Origin: Infirmifilum sp.
GTDB lineage: Archaea; Thermoproteota; Thermoprotei; Thermofilales; Thermofilaceae
DNA length: 21,089 nt
Assembly (NCBI GenBank): GCA_041287245.1
Contig: JBEULP010000110.1
Coordinates: 1-21,089 of the forward strand
Reading direction: 5' to 3'
How positions within the stretch are numbered: the first letter of the stretch is position 1; every line of letters starts with the position of its first letter. A program made the position numbers and the translations under genes. Positions 17,225-21,089 of this stretch are shown in pieces. The notes beneath the pieces were generated by a model. The model had not been told where the DNA came from. It saw nothing but the letters and a program-made list of their open reading frames with translations, and did not search any database.

Positions 17225-17830
17225 CTATGTTCTTCTAAGCGTTACCCCTTCTCTACTCACAGTAGCCACGTCAACACCTTCCCCGCTTCCCGGGTCTCTA
17301 GCTAAAGCAAGGCGAACAGCTCTTATTGCAAGCTGAACAGCCTCTTCTAAACTTAAATCCTCACGGTACTCGTTTTCGAGCATACTTACGGCATAAGGGG
17401 ATCCTGAGCCCGTGGCCGTGAACTTCTCCTGGGTGACTGTGCCAAGCCAGTCTACAGAGTAAAGCGATGGCCCCTCATGGTCTATACCGCCTATCAGCAT
17501 CTGCACGGAAAGAATAGGCCTATAATTGAACAGAATCAAGGAGGCGAGGGTTGCCAGGCTCTTAACTGGTATAGGCTCGCCATTTGTCGCCTTATAGTAC
17601 TTAGACTCGGCAATCAACCTGTCAATCAACTGCTGGGCGTCGCCAACAGTCCCTGCAATCGTAACAGCCACGTGCGAGTCAACTTCAAGTATTTTCCATA
17701 CTTGTTTGCTCGCGATGAAATATCCGCTTGTAGCTCTTCTATCAGCTGCTAGGACTACGAAGTCTTTCCCGACGATTCCGACAGTAGTAGTCCCCTTCAA
17801 AACACCAGGGGGTAGTTTTTCTTGCATCAT
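17225..17830 (-). CDS. psmB: 20S proteasome beta subunit (13-aa propeptide, G/TTT cleavage site)
   Basis: [35 protein letters not shown]. Confidence 0.97.
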   Translation of the reverse strand: MMQEKLPPGVLKGTTTVGIVGKDFVVLAADRRATSGYFIASKQVWKILEVDSHVAVTIAGTVGDAQQLIDRLIAESKYYKATNGEPIPVKSLATLASLILFNYRPILSVQMLIGGIDHEGPSLYSVDWLGTVTQEKFTATGSGSPYAVSMLENEYREDLSLEEAVQLAIRAVRLALARDPGSGEGVDVATVSREGVTLRRT

Positions 17831-17843
17831 AACTATGTCAAAG

Positions 17844-17867
17844 TTTAAAGGGGCATCTATTATAAAA
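17844..17867. promoter_or_regulatory. Interleaved divergent TATA boxes for UPF0179 (+) and psmB (-)
   Basis: TTTAAAG 17844-17850 (+) and TTTTATAA 17867-17860 (-) both lie within a 45-bp gap. Confidence 0.55.
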
Positions 17868-17875
17868 ATAGCTCG

Positions 17876-18361
17876 ATGGCTCGCCGAGTAGTAGCGATGG
17901 TAACCCAGCTGTTCGCTAAACCCGGGGCTGTTTTCCAGCCCTATATAACGTCGAAGTGTCTTAACTGCCAGTATTTCAACGCTTGTATTGGGAATTTAAG
18001 ACCATTGGCAAACTATCGCGTGGTCTCTGTTAGAAGGCATCTTGTGTATTGCCCAGCCCTTGCGGAGGAGCTCGTAACAGTTGAGGTCGAAGAGCTGCCG
18101 GTGAGGCTAACGTTGGACTCGCGTGACGTCATGCCGGGTGCTATTATCCGTTACAGGAAACCAGCTTTCCACGCCGGACAAGAACACGAGCCTCTATTTG
18201 TAGAGGAGGGAGAGAGAATTAGGATACTTAGAGAGATAGAAAAGAAGAATCATCTAACTGTAGTTGAAGTCGAGTTTATTGACCCGCCTCACCCTCGCCT
18301 TTGGATTGCGGCTCGGAGGCGGCTTCTTGGGAAGCAGCAGTCTGCTGGGGAGGCTGAGTAG
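17876..18361 (+). CDS. UPF0179 family protein
   Basis: FAKPG..F, CLNC...AC..NL, Y.V..VR....CP, VEVEE pattern. Confidence 0.8.
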   Translation: MARRVVAMVTQLFAKPGAVFQPYITSKCLNCQYFNACIGNLRPLANYRVVSVRRHLVYCPALAEELVTVEVEELPVRLTLDSRDVMPGAIIRYRKPAFHAGQEHEPLFVEEGERIRILREIEKKNHLTVVEVEFIDPPHPRLWIAARRRLLGKQQSAGEAE

Positions 18362-19070
18362 AGGCTTCTTTCTTTTCCACCTCGAAGCTCAGGGAAAGTT
18401 TAACAGTCTTTACACCTGGTAAATACTTCTGAACATCCCGTATAAAGGCGTTTAAAAGCTGATAAGCGTTCTCGTGGAGAAAGATTGCGGGAGGAACTGT
18501 GAGCTGAGCCTCCCCCTCCTTCGCATCGACGCTGATTTGTTCACGGGGGATTCCTCTAAACCACCTATGGAACAACTCCCTGATCTTCTCGTCATCAGAG
18601 GTGATGGTCTTTTCAAGCTTCAAAACAGCCTTGATTTTTTTGCCGGCGAATGGATGGTTAAAATCAACAGTCACCCTCCCGCCGCCTACGCGAACTATTC
18701 TCCCCCTCTGACCTCCTATTTCTACTTCCTCTCCAACCCTCGGAATGACCCCCTGGCGCGTAAACTCGCGCGCGGGTATGATTCTGATGTTCTTAGGGTC
18801 TTTCTCGCCGAAGGCCTGCGAGGGCTCTAGGATGACTTCACGCGATTCTCCCTCTTTAAGATCCCGTAAGGCGTCCTCGATGGGCTTGAAAAGTATTCCC
18901 TCTCCTATTATTACAAGCTCCGGTTCAAAGACATTCTGTGTGGAAAGCCCCTGTTCTCGAGCCACCGTCTCATAGGTAGTGTCTATTACCTTTTCCCCTG
19001 TCTCCTCGATAACGCTTATCGTGTAGTTTACCAGTACAAACTGCCTGTTTTCAGAGCTCAACTCTTCCAC
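18276..19070 (-). CDS. slyD: Long-type archaeal FKBP peptidyl-prolyl isomerase (SlyD-like)
   Basis: VNYT, IDTT, IGEG, PSQAFGEKD, insert-in-flap region, VDFNHPFAGK and a C-terminal domain. Confidence 0.93.
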   Translation of the reverse strand: MEELSSENRQFVLVNYTISVIEETGEKVIDTTYETVAREQGLSTQNVFEPELVIIGEGILFKPIEDALRDLKEGESREVILEPSQAFGEKDPKNIRIIPAREFTRQGVIPRVGEEVEIGGQRGRIVRVGGGRVTVDFNHPFAGKKIKAVLKLEKTITSDDEKIRELFHRWFRGIPREQISVDAKEGEAQLTVPPAIFLHENAYQLLNAFIRDVQKYLPGVKTVKLSLSFEVEKKEASTQPPQQTAASQEAASEPQSKGEGEAGQ

Positions 19071-19162
19071 CCGTAGCCTTTCAGTGTTATTATGCTATAA
19101 GCTTTGTTATTTCCCTTGTGGTAATACACGCCTTTGGCTTCAAGTTTTCCCCCGGGCAATTT

Positions 19163-19202
19163 TTTATATAGGGGGCTAGTTGTGATAATAAAGTTCTGGT
19201 GA
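19163..19202 (+). promoter_or_regulatory. cdc48 TATA box and Shine-Dalgarno sequence
   Basis: TTTATATA 19163-19170; GGTGA 19198-19202, 6 nt before GTG 19209. Confidence 0.65.
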
Positions 19203-19208
19203 TGTAGA

Positions 19209-21089
19209 GTGAGTAGCAATGAGAAGCCTAACGAGATAGAATTAAAAGTCTACGAGGTTCGCCAGCATGAAGCCGGGAGGGGGAGGGTCAGGATAGACGA
19301 AGACGCAATGGAACTCCTAGGTATAAGCGCGGGGGATGTGGTGGAGATCGAGGGTAAGAGGAAGACAGTAGCTATAGCCTGGCCTGGCTATGCCGAGGAC
19401 AAGGGTAAGAACATAATACGGATGGACGGCTGGACCCGTAAAAACGCCGGGGTAAGCATTGGAGACAAGGTAAAGGTGCGTAAAGCCGAGGTCAAACCCG
19501 CCCAGATGGTTAGGATAGCACCGATGTCTATGACCCTTGCCGTAGACGAGAACTTCGTGGCATATGTTAAGAAGAGACTTTTGGATAGGCCGATTATAGA
19601 GGGAGACGTAATTCAGATACCAGTTCTCGGCCAAGTCATACACTTCAACGTTGTTAATATAAAGCCTAAAGGCGTCGTCATGGTCACTGAGAAGACACAG
19701 TTAAAAATCCTGGAAAGACCCGTTGACATCGGGCGTATTCCGAGGATAACCTATGACGACATTGGTGATCTAGAGGAGGCGAAGCAGAAGATAAGGGAGA
19801 TGGTTGAGCTCCCGTTAAAACACCCCGAGCTGTTCAAGAGGCTGGGTATTGATCCTCCTAAGGGTATTTTGCTTTATGGTCCTCCGGGGACTGGTAAGAC
19901 CTTACTGGCTAAAGCTGTCGCCAACGAGACGGATTCCTATTTCATAGCCATCAATGGCCCCGAAATTATGAGTAAGTTCTACGGGGAGAGCGAGCAGAGG
20001 CTAAGGGAGATATTTGAGGAGGCCAAAGAGCACGCACCTGCTATAATTTTCATCGACGAGCTAGACGCCATAGCGCCTAAGCGAGAAGAGGTTACGGGTG
20101 AGGTCGAGAAGAGAGTGGTTGCACAGCTTCTAGCTCTGATGGATGGTCTTGAAGCCCGAGGAGACGTCATAGTTATAGGTGCAACTAACAGGCCAAACGC
20201 TCTTGACCCAGCCTTAAGGAGACCCGGTAGATTCGACCGCGAGATCGAGATAGGTATACCGGACAAGCGTGGACGCCTCGAGATATTAAAGGTACACACT
20301 CGTAGCATGCCTTTAGCTAAGAACGTCGATCTTGACAAACTCGCTGAGATTACACATGGATATGTAGGCGCCGACATTGCAGCGCTCTGTCGCGAGGCTG
20401 CAATGAAGGCTTTGAGAAGAGTGCTTCCGAAGATCGACCTTGAAAAGGAAGAGATACCGATAGAAGTGTTGGAAACAATCGAAGTTGAGATGGACGACTT
20501 TTTGAGCGCGTTTCGGGAAATAACTCCTAGCGCACTTCGGGAAATAGAAGTTGAGGTTCCCACAGTACGGTGGAGCGATATAGGAGGGCTGGAGGATGTC
20601 AAACAGCAGCTTCGAGAGGCAGTTGAATGGCCGTTGAAATACCCCGAGTCCTTCGAGAGGCTGGGTATTGATCCTCCTAAGGGTATTTTGCTTTATGGTC
20701 CTCCGGGGACTGGTAAGACCTTACTGGCTAAAGCTGTCGCTACGGAGAGCGAGGCAAACTTTGTAAGCATAAAAGGTCCTGAGATATTCAGTAAGTGGGT
20801 TGGAGAGAGCGAGAGGGCGATAAGGGAGATATTCAGGAAAGCTAGGCAAGCAGCGCCAAGCGTGATCTTCATAGACGAGATTGATGCTTTAGCTCCAATG
20901 AGAGGGTTAGTCTCCACAGACTCGGGCGTTACTGAGCGGGTAGTCAGTCAGCTTCTTACTGAGATGGATGGTCTTGAGCGTCTTGAGGGTGTGGTTGTTA
21001 TTGCTGCTACTAATAGGCCTGATATTATTGATCCTGCTCTTCTGAGGCCGGGGAGGTTTGACAGGCTTATCTATGTACCGCCGCCAGAC
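19209..21089 (+). CDS. cdc48: CDC48/VAT (p97-like) AAA+ ATPase, truncated by the right edge
   Basis: Not in the ORF track. From GTG 19209: [34 protein letters not shown]... D1 has [21 protein letters not shown] and [22 protein letters not shown]2 has [21 protein letters not shown] and [20 protein letters not shown]. Confidence 0.97.
   Translation, partial: MSSNEKPNEIELKVYEVRQHEAGRGRVRIDEDAMELLGISAGDVVEIEGKRKTVAIAWPGYAEDKGKNIIRMDGWTRKNAGVSIGDKVKVRKAEVKPAQMVRIAPMSMTLAVDENFVAYVKKRLLDRPIIEGDVIQIPVLGQVIHFNVVNIKPKGVVMVTEKTQLKILERPVDIGRIPRITYDDIGDLEEAKQKIREMVELPLKHPELFKRLGIDPPKGILLYGPPGTGKTLLAKAVANETDSYFIAINGPEIMSKFYGESEQRLREIFEEAKEHAPAIIFIDELDAIAPKREEVTGEVEKRVVAQLLALMDGLEARGDVIVIGATNRPNALDPALRRPGRFDREIEIGIPDKRGRLEILKVHTRSMPLAKNVDLDKLAEITHGYVGADIAALCREAAMKALRRVLPKIDLEKEEIPIEVLETIEVEMDDFLSAFREITPSALREIEVEVPTVRWSDIGGLEDVKQQLREAVEWPLKYPESFERLGIDPPKGILLYGPPGTGKTLLAKAVATESEANFVSIKGPEIFSKWVGESERAIREIFRKARQAAPSVIFIDEIDALAPMRGLVSTDSGVTERVVSQLLTEMDGLERLEGVVVIAATNRPDIIDPALLRPGRFDRLIYVPPPD
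19837..19921 (+). repeat. Copy 1 of an exact 85-bp direct repeat (cdc48 D1 Walker A region)
   Basis: agaggctgggtattgatcctcctaagggtattttgctttatggtcctccggggactggtaagaccttactggctaaagctgtcgc, identical to 20656-20740. Confidence 0.95.
20656..20740 (+). repeat. Copy 2 of the exact 85-bp direct repeat (cdc48 D2 Walker A region)
   Basis: Identical to 19837-19921; in-frame offset of 819 bp. Confidence 0.95.

Noticed and set aside
1139..18975. Antisense ORFs nested in real genes (e.g. 1970..2419, 8744..9316, 13062..13583, 15752..16030, 18474..18830)
   Set aside because: They have no recognisable motifs, several are Ser-rich, and all lie opposite well-supported genes.
19149..19175. CCCCC...GGGGG arms flanking the cdc48 TATA box as a heat-shock operator
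   Set aside because: The 5-bp homopolymer arms are weak evidence, and I could not match them to a known archaeal heat-shock regulator site.
19837..20740. The 85-bp repeat as a diversity-generating retroelement TR/VR pair or a CRISPR repeat
   Set aside because: There are two identical in-frame coding copies, with no adenine-specific mismatches, no spacers, and no reverse transcriptase or cas gene in the window.
19317..20917. Minus-strand ORFs 19317..19643, 19979..20602 and 20693..20917
   Set aside because: Antisense shadows of cdc48.

Overview
A gene-dense (about 50% GC) stretch of archaeal core chromosome, most likely from a Thermofilaceae-like member of Thermoproteota. That assignment is inferred from gene content, a split tRNA endonuclease subunit and a Val at the pyruvate kinase K+ site. 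In order, it contains: rpiA (runs off the left edge), a small hypothetical gene, an unannotated box C/D sRNA, an SFM1-like SPOUT methyltransferase, pyk, a 1037-aa SF2 helicase, a DedA/VTT membrane protein, prs, a stand-alone nurA-herA pair, an M20 peptidase, a moaD-moaE fusion, moaC, moaB, a tRNA splicing endonuclease structural subunit, a PUA protein, aCPSF1/FttA, proteasome beta, a UPF0179 protein, an FKBP/SlyD PPIase and cdc48 (runs off the right edge). I saw no mobile element, CRISPR array, tRNA or rRNA. Two signals are not explained by the ORF track. (1) A box C/D guide RNA fills the 64-nt gap ahead of the SPOUT gene. Its D' guide predicts 2'-O-methylation of wobble U34 of tRNA-Val(UAC), and its D guide fits a tRNA T-arm. 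(2) An exact 85-bp nucleotide repeat joins the D1 and D2 Walker A regions of cdc48, alongside strongly T/G-ending codon patches, which points to biased gene conversion. All protein family calls come from motif recognition by eye; no database searches were run.
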